Positions 1 to 9,484 of a stretch of 64,000 nucleotides of DNA are shown piece after piece (within the stretch, counting starts at the first letter, position 1; each line of letters opens with the position of its first letter). The notes below the pieces were generated by a model. The model saw only the letters and a list, made by a program, of their open reading frames with translations, did no database searches and had not been told where the DNA came from. Position numbers and translations under genes: made by a program. Source of the stretch: Armatimonadota bacterium (GTDB lineage: Bacteria > Armatimonadota > UBA5829 > DTLH01); assembly GCA_039679675.1 (NCBI GenBank), contig JBDKUN010000028.1:1-64000 (forward strand), read 5' to 3'.

Positions 1-178
1 GTCATGCTGAGCTTGACTCAGCATCCAGGAAAAGAATGGACCCTGAATCTATGGATTTTCGGCTATAGCCGAAAATCTTCCGGGCGAGTTTCAGGTATAA
101 CCTGAAACTCCATAGTTCAGGGTGACGTGCTGGTTGCTTAGAATGATATATAATTCTTATCAAGAGTGAACTGTTACC
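1..178. mobile_element. MITE/REP-like palindromic repeat element, partial at window edge, with nested insertion at ~49-115
   Basis: Shares GTCAT..GAGCTTGACTC...ATCCAGGAAAAGAATGGACCCTGAATC..GTTCAGGGTGACGT and the right end ATGATATATAATTCTTATCAAGAGTGAA.TGTTACC with the copy at 20267-20419. Confidence 0.75.
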
Positions 179-190
179 TATAAGGGCGGT

Positions 191-1603
191 TCACCGGCGC
201 CGCTGGCGGGAGGAAAGGATCTTCTGAGCTTCGCGGTACTTCACTACCGTCCGTCTGGCGACCGCAAGCCCTCTCTCCTGAAGTATTTCGGCAATCGCCT
301 GGTCCGAAAGCGGATTGCTGCGGTCTTCTTTCGCTATCAGTTCACCAATAAGGTCCTTTACCGAAACAGACCCGTCGAAGAAGAAATCGAACGGTACGAT
401 CTCCTCGCTCGGAAGCTGGACGTACTTGTTTGACGTAGCCCGGCTGACGGTCGACTCGTGCAGCTTCAATTTCCGCGCGATCTTGGTGCGGGTGAGCGGC
501 CTGAGGAATGATTTAGAGCCGGTTTCGAGATAGCCCTGCTGAAACTCCACAATCGCCTTTGTTATCAGTCTCAACGTTCGGCGGCGCTGGTTGATATTCC
601 GTATGAAGAGGTTGGACCGTTCGACAAATTCTGTTATATGTTTCTTCTCTTCATCGGAATATTTATTTCCGCTGCCGTTTTTCAGTTCCTGATACGCCTT
701 TTTGTAGCGTGAGTTGATGCCCAGAAGATACTGTTCGGATTGAACTACCTCTATCTCAAAACCAGAAAGTGTCCTTTTAACTATGACATCCGGGCGGACA
801 GCGGAGCCTGGATCGTTTGTCTTAGCGGCCCATGGCGTGCGGAAAGCATTACCCGGATACGGATTGAGGCTGTTTTTGATAAATGACAGGGCGTCGTTGA
901 CCTCTTTTTGCGTGACCTTGAGCCTTCTCGCAAGCCGTCCCACGCGCCGTGCGACCATATCTTGCCAGGAGTCCCGTACTATGGAAAGCGCGATCCAGTT
1001 GCCTTTGCCTTCTTCCTCCAGCTGTTCGAGCTGGATCTTGAGACATTCCTGAAGGTCTCTTGCGCCGACCCCGGCCGGTTCGAAAGTCTGAATAAGCGCG
1101 AGGACAGCCTCGACTTCCTGCACACTTACTCCAATCGACTCCGAAACCTCCTCGACCTTGCAGCTCAGGTACCCGGTATCGTCGATATTGGCGACCAGAT
1201 AGTCCGCAATCTCATACTGGTCCTGGTGGGCTACGGCGCGAAGAAGAGTGCGCAGATGGTCCTGCAGGGACACAGAGGCTTCGATGTTGGAGATGAAGTC
1301 ACTTTCGCTGTCAGGATCGCCGGTGAAATCAGTGGGAACTTCCAGCTCATAGACGCTGATGTCAACGTCGTCGCTCTCTGCTTTCTGCTTGTTGAAACTG
1401 CAGTCGATACACAGGGACTTCGGTATCTCGCACCCTTCGCACGGGTCGTCTTCCGGGACCTCGAGCGCAGGGTTCTCCATGAGTTCCTGTTCCATCACCT
1501 GCTGGAGCTCAATTTGAGAAAGCTGCAGAATGGTGTTGGCTTGGATCAGCTTGGGATCGATTCTTTGAGTTAATGCTTGCCTTAGGCCCTGCTCGATGAG
1601 CAA
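191..1603 (-). CDS. rpoN: RNA polymerase sigma-54 factor
   Basis: N-terminal ILQLSQIEL...ENPALE, PAGVGARDLQECL, LHESTVSRA, and RpoN box ARRTVVKYR; TTG start after AAGGGG. Confidence 0.97.
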   Translation of the reverse strand: MLIEQGLRQALTQRIDPKLIQANTILQLSQIELQQVMEQELMENPALEVPEDDPCEGCEIPKSLCIDCSFNKQKAESDDVDISVYELEVPTDFTGDPDSESDFISNIEASVSLQDHLRTLLRAVAHQDQYEIADYLVANIDDTGYLSCKVEEVSESIGVSVQEVEAVLALIQTFEPAGVGARDLQECLKIQLEQLEEEGKGNWIALSIVRDSWQDMVARRVGRLARRLKVTQKEVNDALSFIKNSLNPYPGNAFRTPWAAKTNDPGSAVRPDVIVKRTLSGFEIEVVQSEQYLLGINSRYKKAYQELKNGSGNKYSDEEKKHITEFVERSNLFIRNINQRRRTLRLITKAIVEFQQGYLETGSKSFLRPLTRTKIARKLKLHESTVSRATSNKYVQLPSEEIVPFDFFFDGSVSVKDLIGELIAKEDRSNPLSDQAIAEILQERGLAVARRTVVKYREAQKILSSRQRRR

Positions 1604-1784
1604 CTTTTGTTCACCCCTTCCGAAAGAGCCGGAAAAAATGGCTCCAACTCTATTTTCGGCAAATTACCAGGGATTTTTATAATTACTTCTTCAGCCACGT
1701 CCGGCGGGACATCTGTCTGGGTCATGTACGACTTGGAGGGTACTGCATTAGTCAATCCAAACAGCGCGCGGCCGCCACGATTTG

Positions 1785-1813
1785 AGTATAACATGTGAGA
1801 AAACGGCTGTCAA
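1785..1813 (-). promoter_or_regulatory. sigma70-type promoter for rpoN
   Basis: TTGACA-N17-TATACT on the minus strand. Confidence 0.7.
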
Positions 1814-1934
1814 ATTAAGCTGAGCCGCCATATTTTATGATAAACGGACATTGACAGGCAAGCATAAGGTAGATAATATTAACTGAACCGCTCAGAAGAC
1901 CGAGCCGGACGAATCTTGGGAGGATTTTCCTATA

Positions 1935-3104
1935 ATGAGAAAACCCGCTGTTCTGCTCGCAAGTCTTGCTCTCTTTGTGTCATTTTCCACACCGGCTTTC
2001 GCCGACCTTATATTGCCTTCGGTCGTCAAGATGCTTATGGCTGCCGGGCCATGCAGCCTGCTGCTGTTTCCCATGATCTTTACAGTCCCTCTACTGCTCT
2101 GTATTTCTCTGATAGAGGCGCTGATCGCAAACCGTTTCCTGAAACGCGGTTTTGGCACCCTTTTCATATATCTATTCGTCATCAATGCTCTAACAAGTGC
2201 AATCGGCCTTTTTACTATGCCAAAAGACAACATCTGGGTTACCATACCGCCCATATACCTTGCGACAGCAGTTATAGAGGGTTTTCTGCTGCTTTTAGTA
2301 ATGAAGCGGGGAGAACGAAAGATACTTACCGGGCTCGGCGTTTCGGCGGTGATGAATGCTGCGAGTTATGCGTTTCTTTCGGCTGTAATCGCAGCCGCCA
2401 TCTACCTTCCAGCCGCTTCCTGCCGGGATAATATGCCTCTCTCCGACTTAAGCGGCAAGCTTATTCTTGAGATGCACGATCAGAAAGACCAGACTGTAGA
2501 GCTGCCCGGCAAATATCGCCAGTCTGACCTGTCCAAGTGTTACGGGTTCGACCCGGACCTTCGCTACGGAGTGATGAATGAAGGCGAAAACAGAATTATC
2601 ATCGACAAAAAGACCGGCAAAAGACTGGGCCAGATAAAACCTGGTCTTGGATTCTATGGCTGCTGGCATTTTTCGGGTAATGGGCGGTTTTATGCAAATC
2701 GTGTATGGAAATGTGCGCGCCTCGGGCTAGATGGCGGAGATTTAGTCGTCGGTGATACTATAACCGGTAGAATAAGGGCGTTTCCGAAACCGGAAAGCCA
2801 GATATTCAGTCCTGTTGATTCCAGGCTGGCGATAATATATAGATGTAGCTGCACTATCTACAACCCGGCGAATGGAAACACCAAAACCATCGGTATGCCA
2901 TGTATGAGCAGTTCAGAGGAAATAGCATGGAGTCCAGATGGGAAGTACATTGCCTATCTGGCCGATATGTCGCCGTATAACCACGATATAGGCGACTCAT
3001 ACATGGATGCCGTCCGTGTCATAAGCGCTGATGGAAAGAAATCCGTCACTGTGCGCCGCAGACAGGGCGGCTTCTACTGGTGGCACATAGAGTGGGCCGA
3101 ATAA
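1935..3104 (+). CDS. Membrane protein with N-terminal multi-TM domain and C-terminal TolB/WD40-like beta-propeller
   Basis: Signal-like PAFA-D, several hydrophobic helices, and WHFSGNGR, FSPVDSR, IAWSPDGKYIAY propeller motifs; GGAGG upstream. Confidence 0.65.
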   Translation: MRKPAVLLASLALFVSFSTPAFADLILPSVVKMLMAAGPCSLLLFPMIFTVPLLLCISLIEALIANRFLKRGFGTLFIYLFVINALTSAIGLFTMPKDNIWVTIPPIYLATAVIEGFLLLLVMKRGERKILTGLGVSAVMNAASYAFLSAVIAAAIYLPAASCRDNMPLSDLSGKLILEMHDQKDQTVELPGKYRQSDLSKCYGFDPDLRYGVMNEGENRIIIDKKTGKRLGQIKPGLGFYGCWHFSGNGRFYANRVWKCARLGLDGGDLVVGDTITGRIRAFPKPESQIFSPVDSRLAIIYRCSCTIYNPANGNTKTIGMPCMSSSEEIAWSPDGKYIAYLADMSPYNHDIGDSYMDAVRVISADGKKSVTVRRRQGGFYWWHIEWAE

Positions 3105-3146
3105 AGCGCGTAACTTCGGCAGTTAAGACACGTTTCACTCCGAAGG

Positions 3147-3383
3147 TCACTCGTCCTCGGAGTCATCGCGGACCACTATGCGGTCTTCGACGTCTCTGAC
3201 ACCCATTACGCCCTTCGCCAGCTTCAATGCAAGCTCTTTCTGTTCCTCTGTATCGACTCTGCCGATAACCTGGATGAACCCGCCGCTCGCCACGACCTCC
3301 AGCGACTGTCCGCCCAGCCTGTCATCTTCCATCAGATGCTGTCTGACACTCTCCGCAAGCGCCCGGTTTCTGAGAATTTCCAT
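3147..3383 (-). CDS. BON domain protein
   Basis: LEVVASGGFIQVIGRV...ALKLAKGVMGVRDVEDRI BON pattern; ATG at 3383 after GGAGG. Confidence 0.85.
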   Translation of the reverse strand: MEILRNRALAESVRQHLMEDDRLGGQSLEVVASGGFIQVIGRVDTEEQKELALKLAKGVMGVRDVEDRIVVRDDSEDE

Positions 3384-3434
3384 CAAATTCCTCCAACACA
3401 ACGCTGCATGGTCTATTTACCCGTGTAAATAACC

Positions 3435-4727
3435 TTAGGAACCACAAAGGAAATTCAGCGTCTGTGCGAACTGCGGATAAGAGGTCTCTATCCAGCCTGC
3501 ATCTCGGATAACCGTCTCGCCCTGTGCCGCAAGCGCGGCAATACTTAAGGACATGGCGATCCTGTGGTCGCCGTGCGAGCTGCACTCCGTCCCGGTGAGG
3601 CCGGAGCCGCCGTGGATGATCATTCCGTCTGTAGTCTCTTCTATCGATACGCCGAATTTGGTTAGTTCAGCCGCTACTGCGGCGATCCGGTCGGTCTCCT
3701 TCAACCTGAGTTCTCCGGCACCTGATATTACGGTATCATCTGACGCTTTTGCGGCAGCGACAGCTATGATCGGGATCTCGTCTATGAGCCTGGGGACCAT
3801 ATCTCCGCTTATTTCGGTCCCTTTGAGCCCGCTCGCCCGTGCCGTAATGTCTGCAGCAGGCTCGCCTGCATCCCCGCGTATGTTTTCAACGGATATATCC
3901 GCGCCCATCGATTCGAGTACGTCTAGTATGCCGGTGCGTGTGGGGTTTATCCCGACATTTTTGACCGTGATTTCCGAGTTTGGAACGATCAGGGCGGCTG
4001 CGAGCCAGCAAGCGGCTGACGATACGTCCCCCGGCACTGAAATTTCCCTGGCTTCCAGCCGCGGCCTGCCTGCGACGGACACTGCAGTCACTTCGGTCTT
4101 CACATCCGCACCGAAAGCCTTCAGCATAAGCTCCGTATGGTTTCTGGAGATTGCCGGCTCTGTGACTGTCGTCCTTCCGTCGGCAAAGAGCCCCGCTAAA
4201 AGTACCGCGGACTTGACCTGGGCACTTGCTACCGGAGATTTATGGTCAATTGTCCAAAGCTCGCCGCCCAGTATCGTAAGCGGAGCCCTGTCGCCGCCCG
4301 CGCGGCCATGCACCAGCGCGCCCATGTCTTTCAATGGCTCGACTATCCGTTTCATCGGCCTGTTTCGGACGGACTCATCCCCAGTAATTACCGAGTAAAA
4401 CGGCTGTCCGGCAAGGACACCGCTTATCAGCCGAATAGCTGTCCCGGAGTTTCCGACATCGATTATATCCGCAGGTTCCTTGAGCCCGGAGAGCCCTGCG
4501 CCTGTTATCTCTATCTCTCCAGCAGCGAGGCGCTTTATATCGACTCCCATCATCCGAAACGCCTTGATGGTGTTCAGACAGTCCGCGCTTTCCAGGAACC
4601 CGTGGACGCGAGTAGTGCCGCTGGCGAGTGAGCCGAGGATAATCGCCCTGTGGCTGATGGATTTGTCCCCCGGGACGCTGATTACCCCTTTCAGCCCGCT
4701 TCGCCCTGATACTTTGAGGTCACTCAT
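3435..4727 (-). CDS. aroA: 3-phosphoshikimate 1-carboxyvinyltransferase (EPSP synthase)
   Basis: PGDKSISHRA, GNSGT, SAQVKSA, ELRLKETDRI and DHRIAMS motifs; start taken at MSDLKV, overlapping the tyrA stop. Confidence 0.96.
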   Translation of the reverse strand: MSDLKVSGRSGLKGVISVPGDKSISHRAIILGSLASGTTRVHGFLESADCLNTIKAFRMMGVDIKRLAAGEIEITGAGLSGLKEPADIIDVGNSGTAIRLISGVLAGQPFYSVITGDESVRNRPMKRIVEPLKDMGALVHGRAGGDRAPLTILGGELWTIDHKSPVASAQVKSAVLLAGLFADGRTTVTEPAISRNHTELMLKAFGADVKTEVTAVSVAGRPRLEAREISVPGDVSSAACWLAAALIVPNSEITVKNVGINPTRTGILDVLESMGADISVENIRGDAGEPAADITARASGLKGTEISGDMVPRLIDEIPIIAVAAAKASDDTVISGAGELRLKETDRIAAVAAELTKFGVSIEETTDGMIIHGGSGLTGTECSSHGDHRIAMSLSIAALAAQGETVIRDAGWIETSYPQFAQTLNFLCGS

Positions 4728-5589
4728 TTCCGGCAGGCTTCCTTGTCCACTCGCTTGCGAGCTCACATGCTTCCGAAAAGAGCTGATCTATTTCTTTCGT
4801 ATTGCCTTCTTCTACCGCTTTTCGCACTTCGGCCAGGATATTTTCGAGCTGTTTCATGGCGGCGGTGATCGCTTCTTTGTTGGACAGGCAGATGTCGACC
4901 CAGGTCTCCGGTGGGCTTACCGCTCCTTTCGCCATACATCTAAAGCTCTCTTCCGCAAGCCGGAATACCTGCTCCTCTTCCGCGAGCCTGAGCATGGATG
5001 CAGATAAGATGTGCGGCAGGTGGCTTACGACGGCAGCGCTCCGGTCATGCTCCTCAGGGCTCATCAAAGCGGCCTGGGAGCCTATAGCTTCCGCAAAATT
5101 GACGAGCGTGTCGAGCGCTCTCACGTCAGTCGAGCCAGTAGGGGTGATGATGTATGTGGACTTCAGGAAAAGATACGGGAGCGCGGCTTCGACATCACCG
5201 CCCTCTAATCCGATCATCGGGTGGCCGCCGACAAAACTCCTGCCTTCCGGCAGCGCGGCATCGGCGGCTTTCGCAATCTCGGACTTGGTGCCTCCGACGT
5301 CCGTGACGATAGCACCTTCCTTCAGTGCCGGAGCGATTACACGGATCGTCGGCAGTACGGCGAGGGTGGGGGTGCAGATGAAGACCAGATCGGCTTCTGC
5401 TACACCGGCAAGGAGATCGGTGGTATAAATATCGACGGCGGCGAGCTCTTTTGCCCGGTGCAACTTTCTCCGGCTGCTCCCGATGCCGATAACACAGCGC
5501 GCCAACCCCCTCGCCTTGGCCGTCATCCCTATCGACCCGCCGATCAGACCGACACCGATTATTGAGATTGTGTCAACGATTTTACTCAT
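4720..5589 (-). CDS. tyrA: Prephenate/arogenate dehydrogenase
   Basis: GVGLIGGS Rossmann motif, TDVGGTK, FVGGHPM, HDRSAAVVSHLPH. Confidence 0.93.
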   Translation of the reverse strand: MSKIVDTISIIGVGLIGGSIGMTAKARGLARCVIGIGSSRRKLHRAKELAAVDIYTTDLLAGVAEADLVFICTPTLAVLPTIRVIAPALKEGAIVTDVGGTKSEIAKAADAALPEGRSFVGGHPMIGLEGGDVEAALPYLFLKSTYIITPTGSTDVRALDTLVNFAEAIGSQAALMSPEEHDRSAAVVSHLPHILSASMLRLAEEEQVFRLAEESFRCMAKGAVSPPETWVDICLSNKEAITAAMKQLENILAEVRKAVEEGNTKEIDQLFSEACELASEWTRKPAGNE

Positions 5590-5595
5590 CCACTT

Positions 5596-6618
5596 TTACA
5601 TGTGTCTTCCGACCGCTCGCGCGCATGCATTCAGTTCCAGCATAAGCTCCGCGAAGGCGGAAGGGGTGAGAGCCTGCGCGCCGTCTTTCAGCGCCTTCTC
5701 CGGGTTGGGATGGACCTCGATGATGACTGCGTCGGCCCCGGCTGCGACGGCAGCTCTGGCTAAAGGCCCTACAAGATGGGCTTTTCCGGCGGCATGGCTC
5801 GGATCAGCGACTATCGGAAGATGGGTAAGCTCACCAACAGCAGGGATTGCGCTTATGTCGAACGTGTTTCTGGTGTAGGTTTCGAAAGTCCTTATCCCCC
5901 GCTCGCAGAGCATGACCTGGCTGTTGCCGCTGATGGCGATGTATTCCGCCGCCTGCAGCCATTCCTCGATTGTGGAAGACATCCCGCGCTTGAGCATGAC
6001 CGGTTTATCCGTCATCCCGACCTCGCAAAGGAGCGGGAAGTTCGTCATATTGCGGGTCCCGATCTGCAGGATATCGGCGTACTTCGCCACGAGTTCCACA
6101 TCCCGCGTGTCCATGACTTCGGTGATGACCGGAAGCCCGGTGGCTTCCCTTGCCGCAGCGAGAATTTTCAGCGCATCTTCCCCAAGCCCGTGGAAACCGT
6201 ATGGGGACGTGCTGGGCTTGAATGCGCCGCCGCGGAGGATGGATGCTCCCGCCGCTTTCACTGCTTTTGCGGTCTCAATCACCTGCTCCTCGGTCTCTAC
6301 GGAGCATGGCCCGGCCATGACTACTACCTTCCGGCCGCCGATCTCCACTCCACCCGCTTTTACGACTGTTTTGCCCTGCTGATACTCTTTATCGACTATT
6401 TTGTACGGCTTGAGGACCGGGACCACGCGCTCTACATAATTGAAGGACGAAAGCTGTTCCGCAATCGTCCCTTTATCATGCTCCGGCGCGCCGATGGCAC
6501 CGATAACGGTCTTCTCGACGCCCTTCGACAAATGGACGCCGTAGCCCCGGTCCTTCAGATTTCGAACAATTTCCTCAATATCCGCCTCGGTCGCTGACGG
6601 ATTGAGAACAATTATCAC
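5596..6618 (-). CDS. aroF: 3-deoxy-7-phosphoheptulonate (DAHP) synthase, type I-beta with N-terminal regulatory domain
   Basis: [37 protein letters not shown]. Confidence 0.95.
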   Translation of the reverse strand: MIIVLNPSATEADIEEIVRNLKDRGYGVHLSKGVEKTVIGAIGAPEHDKGTIAEQLSSFNYVERVVPVLKPYKIVDKEYQQGKTVVKAGGVEIGGRKVVVMAGPCSVETEEQVIETAKAVKAAGASILRGGAFKPSTSPYGFHGLGEDALKILAAAREATGLPVITEVMDTRDVELVAKYADILQIGTRNMTNFPLLCEVGMTDKPVMLKRGMSSTIEEWLQAAEYIAISGNSQVMLCERGIRTFETYTRNTFDISAIPAVGELTHLPIVADPSHAAGKAHLVGPLARAAVAAGADAVIIEVHPNPEKALKDGAQALTPSAFAELMLELNACARAVGRHM

Positions 6619-7709
6619 TTGAGTACCTCTTCCAGTGTGCTGATGAACCGCGCATTCTGGTCAGGCAGGCCGGTAGTCACACGGATATGGGTAGGCTGGC
6701 CGAAGATGTCGCCCGTGCGGATGATGACTCCGCGCTTCAGCATCTCGACAAACACCTCTTTGCTGTTCCGCTCTATATCGGCCCAGACGAAGTTCGCCTC
6801 ACTCGGAGTATAGTTTATGCCGAGCCGCTCGAACTCTTTGTAGAAGTACTTTTTCCCTTCAGCATTCAGCTTTCTGGTCCGCTCGACGTGATCCTGGTCG
6901 GCTAAACTTGTTACAGCAGCAGCCTGGACGATGGAGTTGACGTTAAACGGCAGGCGCAGGCGCTCGATGTAGCCGATCAGCTCAGGGTTGGAGACGGCGT
7001 AGCCGAGGCGGAGCCCCGCAAGCCCGTAGATCTTCGAGAAAGTGCGGAGGAGGATGACATTTTTGCCTTCCTTCACCCACTGAAGCCCGTTCGGATAGTC
7101 CGGCCGCTCGTTGTACTCGTAATAAGCCTCGTCGAACACCAGTACCGCCCGCTCCGGCAGGTGTGAGAGGAGCTTTTCGGCATCTTTCTGGGGCATCAGC
7201 GTCCCGGTGGGGTTGTTCGGGTTGGCGACGTACACCAGTTTGGTATGCTCGTCTATGCAGTCGATGAGCGCGTCGACATTGTAAGTAAAATCTGCGTTCA
7301 GCGGCACCATCCGGCACTTGCAGCCGTTTGCGGAGGCTGCGCCTTCGTACTGGCTGAATGATGGGCTGGCCTGTACCACGCAGTCTTCCGGGTCAAGAAA
7401 AGCGTTGCCTATCTCTCGAATCAGCTCATCCGAGCCTGTTCCGAAAGATAGATTTTCCGGCTGGACTCCCAGATGCTCAGACACCGCTTTTTTCAGCGTG
7501 AAACAGTTTCCGTCAGGATATAGACCGACCTTCTCGGCGGCCTTTTTCATAGCCTCGACAGACTTGGGCGACGGGCCCAAAGGGTTCTCGTTGGAGGCCA
7601 GTTTGATAATGTCAGTAAGCCCGTATTCCCGCTGGACCTCTTCTATCGGCTTGCCGGCGATGTAAGGCTTGATCTTCAAAACACATTCTTTGCAAATTCG
7701 CAATGACAC
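6615..7709 (-). CDS. hisC: Histidinol-phosphate/aromatic aminotransferase
   Basis: [39 protein letters not shown]. Confidence 0.95.
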   Translation of the reverse strand: MSLRICKECVLKIKPYIAGKPIEEVQREYGLTDIIKLASNENPLGPSPKSVEAMKKAAEKVGLYPDGNCFTLKKAVSEHLGVQPENLSFGTGSDELIREIGNAFLDPEDCVVQASPSFSQYEGAASANGCKCRMVPLNADFTYNVDALIDCIDEHTKLVYVANPNNPTGTLMPQKDAEKLLSHLPERAVLVFDEAYYEYNERPDYPNGLQWVKEGKNVILLRTFSKIYGLAGLRLGYAVSNPELIGYIERLRLPFNVNSIVQAAAVTSLADQDHVERTRKLNAEGKKYFYKEFERLGINYTPSEANFVWADIERNSKEVFVEMLKRGVIIRTGDIFGQPTHIRVTTGLPDQNARFISTLEEVLK

Positions 7710-7863
7710 GCACGTTCACCTCATTTCAGATAGAAGAAGTCTAGCACAAAGCCGGGTCGCAGGCAAACTGCTAACGAATGGTTGGGGGATAGAGGTAGAG
7801 AATAGTATGGATGGTGTAGATTTTCACCTTCTGGGGAATCTGCTGTCTTGAAACCTGATGAAA

Positions 7864-7892
7864 TTGACACCATTCCGGGCGTGGGGTAGTAT
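7864..7892 (+). promoter_or_regulatory. sigma70-type promoter for tRNA-Glu
   Basis: TTGACA-N17-TAGTAT about 10 nt upstream of the tRNA. Confidence 0.7.
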
Positions 7893-7901
7893 GAAGCGAG
7901 G

Positions 7902-7977
7902 GCCCCCGTAGTGCAGCGGCCCAGCACACCACTTTTTCATGGTGGCAGCTCCGGTTCGAATCCGGACGGGGGTACCA
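7902..7977 (+). tRNA. tRNA-Glu (anticodon TTC)
   Basis: Cloverleaf: GCCCCCG/CGGGGGT acceptor, GTGC/GCAC D-stem, CCACT-TTTTCAT-GGTGG anticodon arm, TCCGG-TTCGAAT-CCGGA T-arm, encoded ACCA end. Confidence 0.93.
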
Positions 7978-7994
7978 CGCTGTCGGGTTCAAGT

Positions 7995-8708
7995 TTAAGG
8001 CTCTATGAGATAGACCAGGCTGACTGTAGCCCTCACGACAACCTGCTCCGGGCTGATCGGTGTCTCTGCTCCTCCCATCGCCGCTTCAGCTCTTGAAAGC
8101 ATGGGGTAGACTATCGGTGAAGTGGACTCCGAAGCGTTCAGCAGTTTACCAAGCCTGACGCCGAGAGCCTTCGCCATGGTGGCTGCTTTCGCTCTGCCGT
8201 CCTGTACCGCCTGCGTGATAGCGGTTGCCCTGTAATTGGCTTCATTCTCGAGTGCAAATGATATATTCTGCACTTCATTCGCACCTGCCGAGACGCCTGC
8301 GTCAATCACCCTGCCGACGAGAGCCAGATTGCGTACCGTCACCCTCACCATGTTGGCTGCTTCATAGCCAGTCAGTTTGGGCTGCTGGTTCGGGGGATAC
8401 TCAAATACCGGCTGCAGCGTATACTGCACGGTTTCTATATCAGATTCCGCGATCCTTAGCTGTCTTATAGCCTGTATGGTTTTCGTTACTGCTGCGGCAT
8501 TCTCGCTTGCGGCCTGTTCAGCCTTTGAAGAACGGTTCCTTACGCCAAGCGTAATGTAAGCTATATCAGGCATGGCGTGTACTTCTGCTGTCCCCGTAAC
8601 CGATATTCCGCGTGGGGTTTCGACAGCTTGAACCTGCGCATCGGCTGCCCGATGGCTTGCTGCGAAGATAACTGCCAAAATTGCGATGACGCCGGATACT
8701 CTGCGCAT
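7995..8708 (-). CDS. SIMPL (DUF541/YggE-like) periplasmic protein
   Basis: Signal peptide, ISVTGTAEVHAMPDIA, GY.A.N.VRVTVRN, GANEVQNISF; ATG at 8708 after GGAGG. Confidence 0.88.
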   Translation of the reverse strand: MRRVSGVIAILAVIFAASHRAADAQVQAVETPRGISVTGTAEVHAMPDIAYITLGVRNRSSKAEQAASENAAAVTKTIQAIRQLRIAESDIETVQYTLQPVFEYPPNQQPKLTGYEAANMVRVTVRNLALVGRVIDAGVSAGANEVQNISFALENEANYRATAITQAVQDGRAKAATMAKALGVRLGKLLNASESTSPIVYPMLSRAEAAMGGAETPISPEQVVVRATVSLVYLIEP

Positions 8709-8780
8709 ATGCGGCCCACCTCCGGGTAAATAGTACTCGCCTGCCGTACCGGCAGGCAGTCTATTCATACCCAGGATGGA

Positions 8781-9284
8781 CTACGGAGATACTGAGGAGC
8801 GGTTATATTTAACAACAAAATCGCCGATGTCTTCGGACCATGCAGTACGTGAGACGAGTTTTGGGTTGGAGCCGTTGACGTTCTCAGTATATGTATATAC
8901 CAGCGGGCTGACTCTGAACCTCCGCCATATACCTGTCGCTGCTGCGCGTGAAAGGTAGTCCACTTCATTTGATGAAATATCGCACGGGACTACTAGCTTG
9001 AACGTCTTGTCGGAGAGAAATCTGGCTTCTACTTCCTCGCCTCGGCCTCGCGCTATTTTCAAGATCCTTTTTTCGAAACCGCGGTGCATCAGGTCCTGGT
9101 AATGGCCTATCGGGTTTTCTACCAGTTTTTCGACTTTCCCGGCCTTCGGAGCGCTGGAAGAGCGGGTAATGAAAACAACCCCTGCACAGACTATAACAAG
9201 GAATGCAACCAGCCAGAGTCTGCTGTTCGATCCGAGCCGTTCCCGAATCCCTATGCGGCCTTCTTCAAGTTCTAGCCCGTTCAT
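8781..9284 (-). CDS. Hypothetical membrane-anchored protein
   Basis: ORF with a single TM helix; AAGGAAGG upstream of ATG 9284 (alternative start 9329). Confidence 0.6.
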   Translation of the reverse strand: MNGLELEEGRIGIRERLGSNSRLWLVAFLVIVCAGVVFITRSSSAPKAGKVEKLVENPIGHYQDLMHRGFEKRILKIARGRGEEVEARFLSDKTFKLVVPCDISSNEVDYLSRAAATGIWRRFRVSPLVYTYTENVNGSNPKLVSRTAWSEDIGDFVVKYNRSSVSP

Positions 9285-9484
9285 AGACCAGCCTTCCTTT
9301 TGATTTTTACTTCTATTACGACCCAACATGGAGTAGTCGAAGCCTCCTTTGTATCAAACTGATTATATCAGAACTATCCCGGCTGGAACAAACAGCTTGC
9401 CTATTGGCGAAATCTACAATCACACCGTTTATTCCACGATTATGCAGGGAGTTTATAATCTAACTTTATAGATTCCTGCGATTA

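Noticed and set aside
1582..1794. Leader ORF or structured RNA in the ~180-nt rpoN 5' UTR
   Set aside because: No RBS or recognisable riboswitch motif; unsupported.
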